Of a stretch of DNA of 36,017 nucleotides, positions 1 to 8,773 are shown in pieces. The DNA is from an uncultured Bacteroidales bacterium (GTDB lineage: Bacteria; Bacteroidota; Bacteroidia; Bacteroidales; CAZZDX01): the NCBI GenBank assembly GCA_964653185.1, contig CAZZDX010000001.1, positions 1 through 36,017 of the forward strand. The letters run 5' to 3'. A program made the position numbers and the translations under genes. How positions within the stretch are numbered: the stretch's first letter is position 1; each line of letters opens with the position of its first letter. Below the pieces are notes generated by a model that was given only the letters and a program-made list of their open reading frames with translations, was not told the origin of the DNA and ran no database searches.

Positions 1-178
1 TTGTTTATGATTTAAAAAATTTGTTTTTCAATTTTAGTCGGATAATAGTGTAAAAGTAAGTTAAATTTTTTCATATTTTTTTTAGTTTTAAAATGTTAAT
101 ATTAATTTAATTATTGGCAAATTTAAAAAATAAATATTATAAACAATAATTAAAAAATAAATTATATTTTTGTGATTC

Positions 179-261
179 ACCCTGTTAAATAATTTTGTTA
201 CGCAAAATTAATCAGGCATCAGTCAAACGCCTGACATGACTGCCTGATTATTTAACAGGGT
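179..261 (+). promoter_or_regulatory. compound three-helix hairpin in the leader upstream of the LolA-like/ABC cluster
   Basis: ACCCTGTTAAAT (179-190) pairs perfectly with ATTTAACAGGGT (250-261). Nested inside are AATTTTG/CAAAATT (191-197/203-209) and AATCAGGCA/TGCCTGATT (210-218/241-249). CAGGC (213-217) could instead pair with GCCTG at 229-233 or 242-246. Confidence 0.4.
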
Positions 262-335
262 AAAATTAATTTGATTATGATCCATTTTTTGACATAATCC
301 CCTAAACTTTAAACAATAACATAATCCATATAAAA

Positions 336-1106
336 ATGAAAAAATATCTTTTTACATCTTTTTTGATTTTTATTTTAATAACAATTATTGGAATAAAAAA
401 CGCATCTGCTCAAAACATTTTAACCGCAAAAGAGGTAATAAAAAAAGCAGATGATAAAATGCGCGGCGAAACAAGTCAGGGCGAGATGACTATGACTGTA
501 GTAAGACCTACATGGTCGCGTACTGTTTCTATGAAGACATGGTCAAAAGGCAGGGAACTTTCATTAATACTGATTACTGCTCCTGCAAAAGAAAAAGGGC
601 AATGCTTTCTAAAACTGAAATCAGAGATGTGGAACTGGGTGCCTTGTATTGAACGTATGATTAAAATACCACCATCAATGATGATGCAATCGTGGATGGG
701 CTCTGATTTTACTAATGACGACCTGTTAAAAGAATCCTCCATTGTGAAAGATTATACTCACAAAATTATTGGAAGCGAAATAATTGACGGACTTGATTGT
801 TATAAAATTGAACTAATACCAAAAGAAGATGCTCCTGTTGTTTGGGGTAAAATTATTTCATGGATAAGTAAAAAAGAATTTCATAATATGAAAGCCGAAT
901 ATTATGATGAAGACGACTATTTAATTAATATTGAGACAGCTTCTAATATCCAAAAAATGGATGACAGAGAAATACCGACAAAATTTGAAATTATACCGGT
1001 AGGAAAAAAAGGAAATAAAACAATATTGGAATTTAAAAACATTAAATTTAACAAACCATTAAGCGATGATTTCTTCTCTAAACAAAACATGAAAAGGGTT
1101 AAATAG
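336..1106 (+). CDS. LolA-like outer-membrane lipoprotein-sorting protein, secreted
   Basis: N-terminal signal peptide (MKKYLFTSFLIFILITIIGIKNASAQ). About 250 aa in size, with sequence character (MRGETSQGEMTMTVVRPTW...ELIPKE...) that I recognise as the LolA_like lipoprotein-sorting family. Sits directly upstream of the FtsX-type permeases. Confidence 0.65.
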   Translation: MKKYLFTSFLIFILITIIGIKNASAQNILTAKEVIKKADDKMRGETSQGEMTMTVVRPTWSRTVSMKTWSKGRELSLILITAPAKEKGQCFLKLKSEMWNWVPCIERMIKIPPSMMMQSWMGSDFTNDDLLKESSIVKDYTHKIIGSEIIDGLDCYKIELIPKEDAPVVWGKIISWISKKEFHNMKAEYYDEDDYLINIETASNIQKMDDREIPTKFEIIPVGKKGNKTILEFKNIKFNKPLSDDFFSKQNMKRVK

Positions 1107-1255
1107 TTTAGAGTTTGGAGTTTAGAGTTTAGAGTTTAGAGTTAAAACTGGATACGGGATACTTGAATCTGAAAAATTATGAACTTTGAACTTGATACTG
1201 GGAAATTATGAACTTTGTGCTTGAAACTTGAACCTTGGAACTTGGAACTGGAAAC
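1104..1255. repeat. simple-sequence block: GAGTTTA heptamer x5, then a 15-bp direct repeat and ACTTGRA-type short repeats
   Basis: GAGTTTG/GAGTTTA units tile 1111-1145. AAATTATGAACTTTG occurs perfectly at 1174-1188 and 1203-1217. CTTGAAACTTGAACCTTGGAACTTGGAACTGGAAACT follows at 1219-1255. Confidence 0.8.
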
Positions 1256-1264
1256 TAAAAGATA

Positions 1265-2485
1265 ATGAAAACATACCTGAAACTTGCCTGGCGTAATCTG
1301 TGGCGAAATAAAAGAAGAACAATAATTACAACTTCTTCAATATTTTTTGCAGTATTCCTTGCATTAATTATGAGGTCCGCTCAAATTGGTTCTTATAGTA
1401 AAATGATTAAAGATGTTGTGGAATTTTATACCGGATATATTCAAATACACAAAAAAGGATACTGGGATAATAAATCAATAAACAACACCTTTGAATACAA
1501 TGATTCAATTATTAATAAAATAGAACATCTTGATAATATCAGTTTATCTGTGCCTCGATTAGAATCTTTTGCCCTTGCATCAACAGGAGAACTCACAAAA
1601 GGAGTTATGTTAATAGGTACTGATGTTGTAAAAGAAAATAAATTTACAAAACTCTCAAAACGTGTTATTAAAGGTAAATATTTATCTGAAAATGATAATG
1701 GCGTTCTAATTGCTGAAGATTTATCTGATTATCTTAAACTAAAAGTAAACGACACAATAGTTTTTTTAGCACAGGGTTATCATGGTATTACTGCTGCTGG
1801 AAGATATCCTGTGCGAGGCATCGTTCATTTTCCAACGCCTGATTTAAACAATCAAACTGTTTATATGTCTTTAAAAAATTGTCAGTATTTTTATTCTGCT
1901 GATAATAGATTAACATCAATAGCTTTATTAATAAAAAATATTCATCATATTAACAAAAGTGCTAAAAACCTAAAAATATTAACGAGAAACAAATATGAAG
2001 TTATGACTTGGGATAATATGCTTGTGGAATTAGTTCAGGGCATTCAGACAGATAACGCAGGCGGTCTGTTTTGGCTTGGAATTCTTTATGTAATCATAAC
2101 TTTTGGTATTTTCGGTACTATTATGATGGGTATTGTTGAACGCAAAAAAGAATTTGCCGTAATGATAGCTGTTGGAACTCAAAAATTAAAATTAAGTATC
2201 ATCATAGCTACAGAAACATTTTTTATAACTTTAATGGGTATAATCTCAGGAATAGCAGTAAGTTTACCAATAATTTTTTATTTTTTCAATAACCCAATAA
2301 AAATTACAGGCGATGCTGCACAAGCAATGGAAAAATGGGGCGTTGACCCAGTGCTATCTTTTGCTCTTGAACCAAACTTTTTTATCAATCAAAGTTTAAC
2401 TATTATTTTACTCACTTTTATTGCATCTGTTTACCCTTTAATAATGATTAATAAGTTTAACGTGATAAAATCTATGAGAAACTAA
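1265..2485 (+). CDS. ABC transporter permease, FtsX/MacB (LolC/E-like) family, type A
   Basis: N-terminal LAWRNLWRNKRRT motif followed by TM1, a large periplasmic domain, and three C-terminal TM helices with the FtsX-like ERKKEFAVMIAVG segment. Confidence 0.85.
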   Translation: MKTYLKLAWRNLWRNKRRTIITTSSIFFAVFLALIMRSAQIGSYSKMIKDVVEFYTGYIQIHKKGYWDNKSINNTFEYNDSIINKIEHLDNISLSVPRLESFALASTGELTKGVMLIGTDVVKENKFTKLSKRVIKGKYLSENDNGVLIAEDLSDYLKLKVNDTIVFLAQGYHGITAAGRYPVRGIVHFPTPDLNNQTVYMSLKNCQYFYSADNRLTSIALLIKNIHHINKSAKNLKILTRNKYEVMTWDNMLVELVQGIQTDNAGGLFWLGILYVIITFGIFGTIMMGIVERKKEFAVMIAVGTQKLKLSIIIATETFFITLMGIISGIAVSLPIIFYFFNNPIKITGDAAQAMEKWGVDPVLSFALEPNFFINQSLTIILLTFIASVYPLIMINKFNVIKSMRN

Positions 2486-2498
2486 ATTTTTAAATATT

Positions 2499-3722
2499 AT
2501 GATTTTTATTATTGCATGGAAAAACATCTGGCGAAATAAATTCAGAAGCTTTATTATTATTGCTGCAATAACTATTGGCTTGTTTGGTGGAATATTTTCA
2601 ATGGCAACCATGGTTGGAATGGGCAAACAAAGAATCAGAACTGCAATAAAAACACAAGTTTCCAACATTAAAATACATAATCCGCAATTTTTAAAAAATA
2701 AAGAAATAAAATACTCAATTAACAGTGTTGATTCTATTATTAATATTATCAAACAAAACTATAAAGTAGAAGCAGTGAGCAAAAGATTAATTTTAACTGC
2801 AATGGCAAGTACTGCTGAAACAGGAACAGGTATAATAATGAACGGTATAGACCCGAAACATGAAATTAAAGTTACTGATATTTCTAAAAAATTAACATCT
2901 GGCAATTATTTTACAAAACAAAAAAAACATCCTATCTTAATAAGCAAAAAATTAGCTCATAAACTTAAAGCAAAAATTCGTTCAAAAATTGTTATTACAA
3001 CACAAAATAATAAAGGAGATATTACAGGCGGTGCCTTTCGTGTTGTTGGAATCTTTAAAACAGCAGATTCTTTTTTTGACGAAACAAATATATTTGTTTT
3101 AAACAAAGATTTAAACATACTTATTGATGAAAATCCAAATGATAATAAAGCTCACGAGATTGCAATTTTATTATATGATGATAAAAATACTAATGAATTG
3201 ACAAAAGACCTAAAATCAAAATTTCCTTATTTAAACATCAGAAGCTGGAATGAATCACAACCTGACCTAAAAATGATGTCATCATTAATGGATTCTGTAT
3301 CATATCTTTTTTTAGTAATAGTTCTTCTCGCTTTAATTTTTTCAATTATTAATACTATGCTTATGGCTGTATTTGAACGAACTCACGAAATTGGTATGTT
3401 AATGGCTATTGGCATGAAAAAAAATAAAATCTTTAATATGATAATGTGTGAAACTATTTTTCTGTCATTAACAGGAGCTGCTATTGGTATATTTATTAGT
3501 TTTGTAACGATTTATTATTTTAACATTTATGGTATAAATTTATCAATAGTATCAAAAGGATTATCATCATTTGGTGTGGATTCTGTTATATATCCTGAGG
3601 TTGATAATATATTTTATATAATACTTACAATAATGGTTATAATTACAGCTGTAATAGCATCTATCTATCCTGCTATAAAAGCTTTGAAATTAAAACCTGT
3701 AACTGCTATTAGAAATGAATAA
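2499..3722 (+). CDS. ABC transporter permease, FtsX/MacB family, type B
   Basis: IAWKNIWRNKFRS N-terminus, periplasmic domain, and C-terminal FtsX module (ERTHEIGMLMAIGM). Its stop overlaps the next gene's start by 8 nt (ATGAATAA). Confidence 0.85.
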   Translation: MIFIIAWKNIWRNKFRSFIIIAAITIGLFGGIFSMATMVGMGKQRIRTAIKTQVSNIKIHNPQFLKNKEIKYSINSVDSIINIIKQNYKVEAVSKRLILTAMASTAETGTGIIMNGIDPKHEIKVTDISKKLTSGNYFTKQKKHPILISKKLAHKLKAKIRSKIVITTQNNKGDITGGAFRVVGIFKTADSFFDETNIFVLNKDLNILIDENPNDNKAHEIAILLYDDKNTNELTKDLKSKFPYLNIRSWNESQPDLKMMSSLMDSVSYLFLVIVLLALIFSIINTMLMAVFERTHEIGMLMAIGMKKNKIFNMIMCETIFLSLTGAAIGIFISFVTIYYFNIYGINLSIVSKGLSSFGVDSVIYPEVDNIFYIILTIMVIITAVIASIYPAIKALKLKPVTAIRNE

Positions 3723-4932
3723 TTTAAAACTTGCATGGAGAAATCTGTGGCGAAATAAAAAGAGAACATTAATTACTATATCTTCAATATTTTTCGGAGT
3801 AATATTTGCAATTTTAATGAACTCTATGCGTGTGGGCTCATTATCAAATATGATTGATAATATTGTTCATTGTTATTCCGGATATATTCAAATTCATGCT
3901 CAAAATTACTGGGAAGACAAAACAATAAACAACAGTTTTACAATTACCGATTCTTTAACACAAAAAATAAGTAATATAAAAGAAATCAGCAAAACAACTT
4001 CCCGACTTGAATATTTTGCTTTATCATCATCAAAAGATAAAACAAAAGGGAGTTTTATTGTTGGCGTTGACCCTGAAAACGAAGATAAAATTACAAATCT
4101 CTCAAAATGGATATGCTCCGGTTCTTATCTTAAAAATAATGACAAAGGAATACTTATTGGAATTAATCTGGCAAAATATCTTAATGTATCTGTTAATGAC
4201 ACTCTTGTATTAATTGGTCAGGGATATCATGGCATTTCAGCAGCAGGAAAATATAAAATCAAGGGAATTTTTAAATTTCCTTCACCTGAATTTAACAAAC
4301 AGATGATATTTATGGACATTAATAATTGTCGGGATTTATTTTCTGCTGATAATCTAATTACATCTGTTGTGATAATGGTAAACGATTATTCAAATGTTTC
4401 ATCAGCAATGGAAAAACTGCATAATAGTGTTTCAAAAAAATATGAAGTATTATCATGGGAGGATATGCAGCCCGAGCTTGTGCAATTAATAGAAGGCAAA
4501 AAAGCCGGAGGAAATATTATTATTCTGATATTATTTATGATTATAGCTTTTGGAATACTGGGAACTGTTATCATGATGGCTGCTGAACGAAAAAAAGAAC
4601 TTGCTGTTATGATTGCTATTGGTATGCAAAAAATTAAATTGTTTAAAATATTATTTCTTGAAACATTATTAATAGGTATAATTGGCGTAATAAGTGGTGT
4701 TATCTTTTGTTTGCCTGTTATTGCATATTATTGGTATCATCCGCCTTATTTAACAGGAGAAATGGCACAAACGATGATTGATATGGGATTTGAACCTGTT
4801 ATGAAATTTTCCTGGTCTTTACAGGTCTTTTCATCTCCTGTTATTATTATTTTTCTTTGTGTTTTGATAATCTCATTATATCCTGTTTATTATATTTATA
4901 AATTGAAAGTTATTAATGCTTTAAGAGCTTAG
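3715..4932 (+). CDS. ABC transporter permease, FtsX/MacB family, type A' (paralogue of 1265-2485)
   Basis: LAWRNLWRNKKRT motif. Colinear with permease 1, with roughly half of positions identical by eye (YSGYIQIH, GQGYHGISAAGKY, ERKKELAVMIAIG). Confidence 0.85.
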   Translation: MNNLKLAWRNLWRNKKRTLITISSIFFGVIFAILMNSMRVGSLSNMIDNIVHCYSGYIQIHAQNYWEDKTINNSFTITDSLTQKISNIKEISKTTSRLEYFALSSSKDKTKGSFIVGVDPENEDKITNLSKWICSGSYLKNNDKGILIGINLAKYLNVSVNDTLVLIGQGYHGISAAGKYKIKGIFKFPSPEFNKQMIFMDINNCRDLFSADNLITSVVIMVNDYSNVSSAMEKLHNSVSKKYEVLSWEDMQPELVQLIEGKKAGGNIIILILFMIIAFGILGTVIMMAAERKKELAVMIAIGMQKIKLFKILFLETLLIGIIGVISGVIFCLPVIAYYWYHPPYLTGEMAQTMIDMGFEPVMKFSWSLQVFSSPVIIIFLCVLIISLYPVYYIYKLKVINALRA

Positions 4933-4985
4933 TTATGATAAAAACAGTATGTTAAAAAAAAAATAAATTTTAAAAATATGATATT

Positions 4986-6203
4986 ATGATTTGGATTATT
5001 TCATGGCGAAATGTATGGCGAAATAAGCTAAGAAGTTCGTTAGTGATTTTAGCTGTTACTATTGGTATAATAGCCGGAGTTTTTACTGTTTCTTTTTATA
5101 AAGGTATGACTAGCCAACGGGTAAAGTCAGTTATCAACACTGAAACTTCCCATATTCAAATACACAATAAATCATATATGCTCAATAATGACCCTGTTTA
5201 TTATATCAATAATACAGATAATATTATCAAAACAATAAAAAAACTTCCCGAAGTAAAAGCTGTAAGCAAGAGATTAGTAAGTTTTTCAATGTGTGCTTCT
5301 GCTGAAAAAGTAGCAGGTGTAAAAGTAACAGGAATTGAGCCGGATAATGAAAAAAAGACAAGTGATATAAATACAAAAATAATTGATGGCTCTTATTTTA
5401 CAGGCATTAAAAGAAATCCGATAATTATTGGAAAAAAACTTGCCAAAGAACTTAAAGTTAAAGTGCGGTCAAAAATAATAATCACCTTTCAGGATATTAA
5501 TGGAAATATAATTTCAGAAGCATTTCGTATAGCAGGAATTTTTGAGACAAACAATACTATATTTGATAAAACAAATGCTTTTGTCGGCTTTTCAGACCTG
5601 AAACGTATCATTGATTTTTCTGATAACTCTTCACACGAAATTGCTATTGTATTTAATAATATTGATAATACTAATGAGGTTAAACAAAAATTAGCCGATA
5701 AATTTAATACTCTTGATATTAGCACATGGAATGAATTAAAACCCGAATTAGCTTATATGAGTGATATATCAGATTTTTATATGTATATTTTTGTTGTAAT
5801 TATTTTATTAGCTCTTTGTTTTGGAATTGTAAACACAATGCTTATGGCTGTGCTTGAAAGAGTGAAAGAATTTGGTATGCTTATGGCTATTGGTATGAAT
5901 AAAATAAAAGTTTTTTTTATGATAATGCTTGAAACAATATTTCTATCAATGATTGGTGGTATATTAGGAATAGTAACAGGTTTTTTAATTTCAAAATATT
6001 TTGAGACAAACCCTATCAACTTATCAATGTATTCAAAAGCACTTTCAAGTTTTGGTTACGATTCTCTCATTTATACACAGATTAATATTAAAATGATAAT
6101 AATAATTACTATTATGATTATATTAACAGGCATAATTGCTGCAATTTATCCTGCAATAAAAGCATTATCAAACAAACCTGTTGAAGCATTAAAAACTGAA
6201 TAA
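4986..6203 (+). CDS. ABC transporter permease, FtsX/MacB family, type B' (paralogue of 2499-3722)
   Basis: ISWRNVWRNKLRS motif. Colinear with permease 2 (AVSKRL, VRSKIIIT, NTMLMAVLERVKEFGMLMAIGM, IYPAIKAL). Confidence 0.85.
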   Translation: MIWIISWRNVWRNKLRSSLVILAVTIGIIAGVFTVSFYKGMTSQRVKSVINTETSHIQIHNKSYMLNNDPVYYINNTDNIIKTIKKLPEVKAVSKRLVSFSMCASAEKVAGVKVTGIEPDNEKKTSDINTKIIDGSYFTGIKRNPIIIGKKLAKELKVKVRSKIIITFQDINGNIISEAFRIAGIFETNNTIFDKTNAFVGFSDLKRIIDFSDNSSHEIAIVFNNIDNTNEVKQKLADKFNTLDISTWNELKPELAYMSDISDFYMYIFVVIILLALCFGIVNTMLMAVLERVKEFGMLMAIGMNKIKVFFMIMLETIFLSMIGGILGIVTGFLISKYFETNPINLSMYSKALSSFGYDSLIYTQINIKMIIIITIMIILTGIIAAIYPAIKALSNKPVEALKTE

Positions 6204-6244
6204 AATAAATTTTAAAATATTATACCTTTTTAAAAATAAATATT

Positions 6245-6931
6245 ATGAAGATTATTGAAGTTAAAAACATTACTAAAGTTTACAAAGAAACAGAAATTGA
6301 GGTAAATGCTGTTAATGGAGTTGATTTATCTTTTGAACAAGGTGAATTTACAGCTATTGTCGGTCCATCCGGCTCAGGAAAAACAACTTTGCTGAATATT
6401 ATTGGAGGATTAGACGAGCCAAGCTCAGGCGAAATTATTATTGACAACATTAACATTAACAAATTGAAATCAAGAAAATTAATTGATTTCAGAATGCGAA
6501 ATATTGGTTTTGTCTTTCAGTCATATAATCTAATTCCTGTATTAACAGCAAAAGAAAATATAGAGTTTATTATGCAACTTCAGGGAAAAATAAAAAAAGA
6601 AAGAACCAACAGGGTAAAAGAACTTTTAACAGCCGTTGGTCTGATAGATAGAATTAATAGCCGTCCAAGTAAACTTTCAGGTGGTCAGCAACAAAGAGTT
6701 GCTGTTGCCAGAGCTTTGGCTTCAAAACCTAAATTTATTCTCGCTGATGAGCCAACAGCCAACCTTGACTCAAAATCAACTGAAAATTTGCTTGATATTA
6801 TGAGACAGTTAAACAAAAAAGAAAATATTACTTTTATCTTTGCTACTCACGACCAAAGAGTTATCAATAAAGCCAGAAGAGTTATTACGTTGGAAGATGG
6901 CAAGATATTATCAGATAAATCTGTGAACTAA
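6245..6931 (+). CDS. ABC transporter ATP-binding protein (LolD/MacB-ATPase type)
   Basis: Walker A GPSGSGKTT, Q-loop, ABC signature LSGGQQQRVAVARAL, Walker B FILADEPT, and an H-loop His in ATHD. Confidence 0.92.
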   Translation: MKIIEVKNITKVYKETEIEVNAVNGVDLSFEQGEFTAIVGPSGSGKTTLLNIIGGLDEPSSGEIIIDNININKLKSRKLIDFRMRNIGFVFQSYNLIPVLTAKENIEFIMQLQGKIKKERTNRVKELLTAVGLIDRINSRPSKLSGGQQQRVAVARALASKPKFILADEPTANLDSKSTENLLDIMRQLNKKENITFIFATHDQRVINKARRVITLEDGKILSDKSVN

Positions 6932-6946
6932 ATTTTATATAATTAA

Positions 6947-6966
6947 CCCACGACTTAAGTCGTGGG
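6947..6966. repeat. GC-rich mini-hairpin CCCACGAC-TTAA-GTCGTGGG just after the ATPase stop
   Basis: Perfect 8-bp stem with a 4-nt loop. No T-tract follows, so it is not a canonical intrinsic terminator. A second mini-hairpin, AACCGTTTTAACGGTT, lies at 6992-7007. Confidence 0.7.
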
Positions 6967-7158
6967 CTAATAAGACCTAATAATATAAAATAACCGTTTT
7001 AACGGTTTACCAACGACATTACGAACAGATACTATATAACTAAAATTTTGAACTTGCTAAATTGTTGATAATCAACAGAAAATATTATACTCTGCTTCGT
7101 AATAATTTGAGCTAATTTATCAGGCAGTTGCATGAAAACAATTATAACTTTAACATAT

Positions 7159-7390
7159 AGTCATTGATTGTCATTAGTAGTCATTGATAGTCATTAACAA
7201 TAAATGACGGCGAAGCCACTTGTGTTGAGCAAAGCCGAAATGAATGATAACAAAGAAATGCCTAAAATAACTATTGCTAAAATACTTAATATCAATTAAT
7301 AATAGCAAAATTAAATGACAACTAATGACAGTGAGCCCCGATATTCATCGGGATAAACTACGCGAACAAATGACTATGAATGACTGTAAT
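7159..7390. repeat. GTCATT-type short-repeat arrays in opposed orientation
   Basis: Four tandem decamers (TAGTCATTGA TTGTCATTAG TAGTCATTGA TAGTCATTAA) at 7159-7198. The complementary AATGAC form occurs at 7203-7208, 7314-7329 (AATGACAACTAATGACA) and 7369-7386. Hairpin CCCGAT-ATTC-ATCGGG lies at about 7337-7352. Confidence 0.7.
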
Positions 7391-7404
7391 TTATTACGGC
7401 TCTA

Positions 7405-7419
7405 CTGAGCTTGCCGAAG
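7405..7419 (+). repeat. copy of the 15-mer CTGAGCYTGYCGAAG family (intergenic)
   Basis: CTGAGCTTGCCGAAG here. A looser relative, TTGAGCAAAGCCGAAA, lies at 7225-7240. The same family occurs four times inside hsdR (16206-16220, 16423-16435, 16463-16475, 16806-16820). Confidence 0.6.
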
Positions 7420-7544
7420 TGCAAAATATAACATCTCAAAGTATAACAAAAAATTAAAAGAATCAAAAGCCCTGAAAAGGGTGTCCTCAAAATAAAGCAG
7501 CTATCTACAAAGTCCAAAACTTAAATATATAATATACCATTATA

Positions 7545-8714
7545 GTGAAATATCGTATAATAATATCTGTTTTTTTTGTTATAATTAACTCATATTCTCT
7601 TTTTGCTCAGGATGAAAAAAAAGAAAAAAACTACGATATATCCGGATATGTAAAAGACCTTGGAATTGTAATGTTTGGAAAAATAAATGACGACTGGCTT
7701 ATCAATGGCACAATACAAAATCGTATCAACTTCAAATGGTATATATCTGACAATTTTACTTCTAATGTTAAAATTCGTAACCGTTTTATCTATGGCGAAT
7801 TTGTAAAAAATATTCCTGATTATGACAAATTAATTAATGTTGAAAATGGATTTATAGATTTATCTGATAATCTTATTAATGAGAAATCGTTTTTGTTAAA
7901 TTCTGCTATTGACAGGATATGGCTGGACTTTACAAAAGGAAATCTACAAATAAGAGCAGGACGACAACGAATTAACTGGGCACAAAACTTTGTCTGGAAC
8001 CCAAACGATATTTTTAATACTTATTCATTTTTTGACTTTGACTATGAAGAAAAACCTGGAAGCGATGCTGTAAGAATTCAATATTATACAAGCACTACAT
8101 CTTCTGTAGAATTTGCTGTAAAGGAAAACAAAAATAATAACATCACCGGCGCAGCATTATATAAATTTAATAAATGGAGCTATGACTTTCAGTTTATTGG
8201 CGGAATATTGGATGATAGCGATTTTGTTGCAGCAACAGGATGGTCAGGACATATAAAAGATGCAGCATTTAGAGGAGAAATAAGCTATCTGCATCCAAAA
8301 AAAAACTTTGACGACACATCAGGAGTTTTTATTGCTTCTGTATCTGCTGATTATACTTTCAAAAACTCTCTGTTTATTCAGTTTGAAGCTCTATATAATC
8401 AAAATGCTGATAACATTGATATTAACAGCTTTGATGAATTTTATTATATGCCTTTATCAGTAAAAAATATCTCTTTTACAAAATATTCCCTGTTTGGACA
8501 AATATCTTATCCTGTAACACCTTTATTAAAAATAGCAATATCAGGAATGTATTATCCTTTAATACATGGATTTTTTATTGGACCATCAATAGAATATTCT
8601 TTAAAAACTAATCTTGACTTATCTCTAACATCACAAAATTTTAAAGGTGAAATGGCAAAAGGAATTAACGAGACATTGTCTTTGTTTTTTATCAGGATTA
8701 AATGGAGTTTTTGA
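7545..8714 (+). CDS. putative outer-membrane beta-barrel (porin-like) protein
   Basis: GTG start and a signal peptide ending SLFAQ. Alternating hydrophobic/aromatic beta-strand pattern throughout, with a C-terminal IRIKWSF (terminal Phe typical of OMPs). Confidence 0.55.
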   Translation: MKYRIIISVFFVIINSYSLFAQDEKKEKNYDISGYVKDLGIVMFGKINDDWLINGTIQNRINFKWYISDNFTSNVKIRNRFIYGEFVKNIPDYDKLINVENGFIDLSDNLINEKSFLLNSAIDRIWLDFTKGNLQIRAGRQRINWAQNFVWNPNDIFNTYSFFDFDYEEKPGSDAVRIQYYTSTTSSVEFAVKENKNNNITGAALYKFNKWSYDFQFIGGILDDSDFVAATGWSGHIKDAAFRGEISYLHPKKNFDDTSGVFIASVSADYTFKNSLFIQFEALYNQNADNIDINSFDEFYYMPLSVKNISFTKYSLFGQISYPVTPLLKIAISGMYYPLIHGFFIGPSIEYSLKTNLDLSLTSQNFKGEMAKGINETLSLFFIRIKWSF

Positions 8715-8773
8715 CTTATGTATTAAAAACAAAAAAATAAATATCTTTTAAAAATGAAAATGAAAGCATTAAC

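Noticed and set aside
1104-1255. CRISPR array, considered for this block and for the tandem repeats at 7159-7198 and 29239-29299
   Set aside because: The units are 7-10 bp and directly abutting, with no unique spacers. There are no cas genes in the window. These are simple tandem repeats.
6947-6966. Canonical rho-independent terminator after the ABC ATPase gene, considered also for the hairpins at 26548, 31494 and 23132
   Set aside because: The stems are good, but none is followed by a U-tract in either transcriptional direction. They resemble a dispersed hairpin population rather than classic intrinsic terminators, although a terminator function cannot be excluded.
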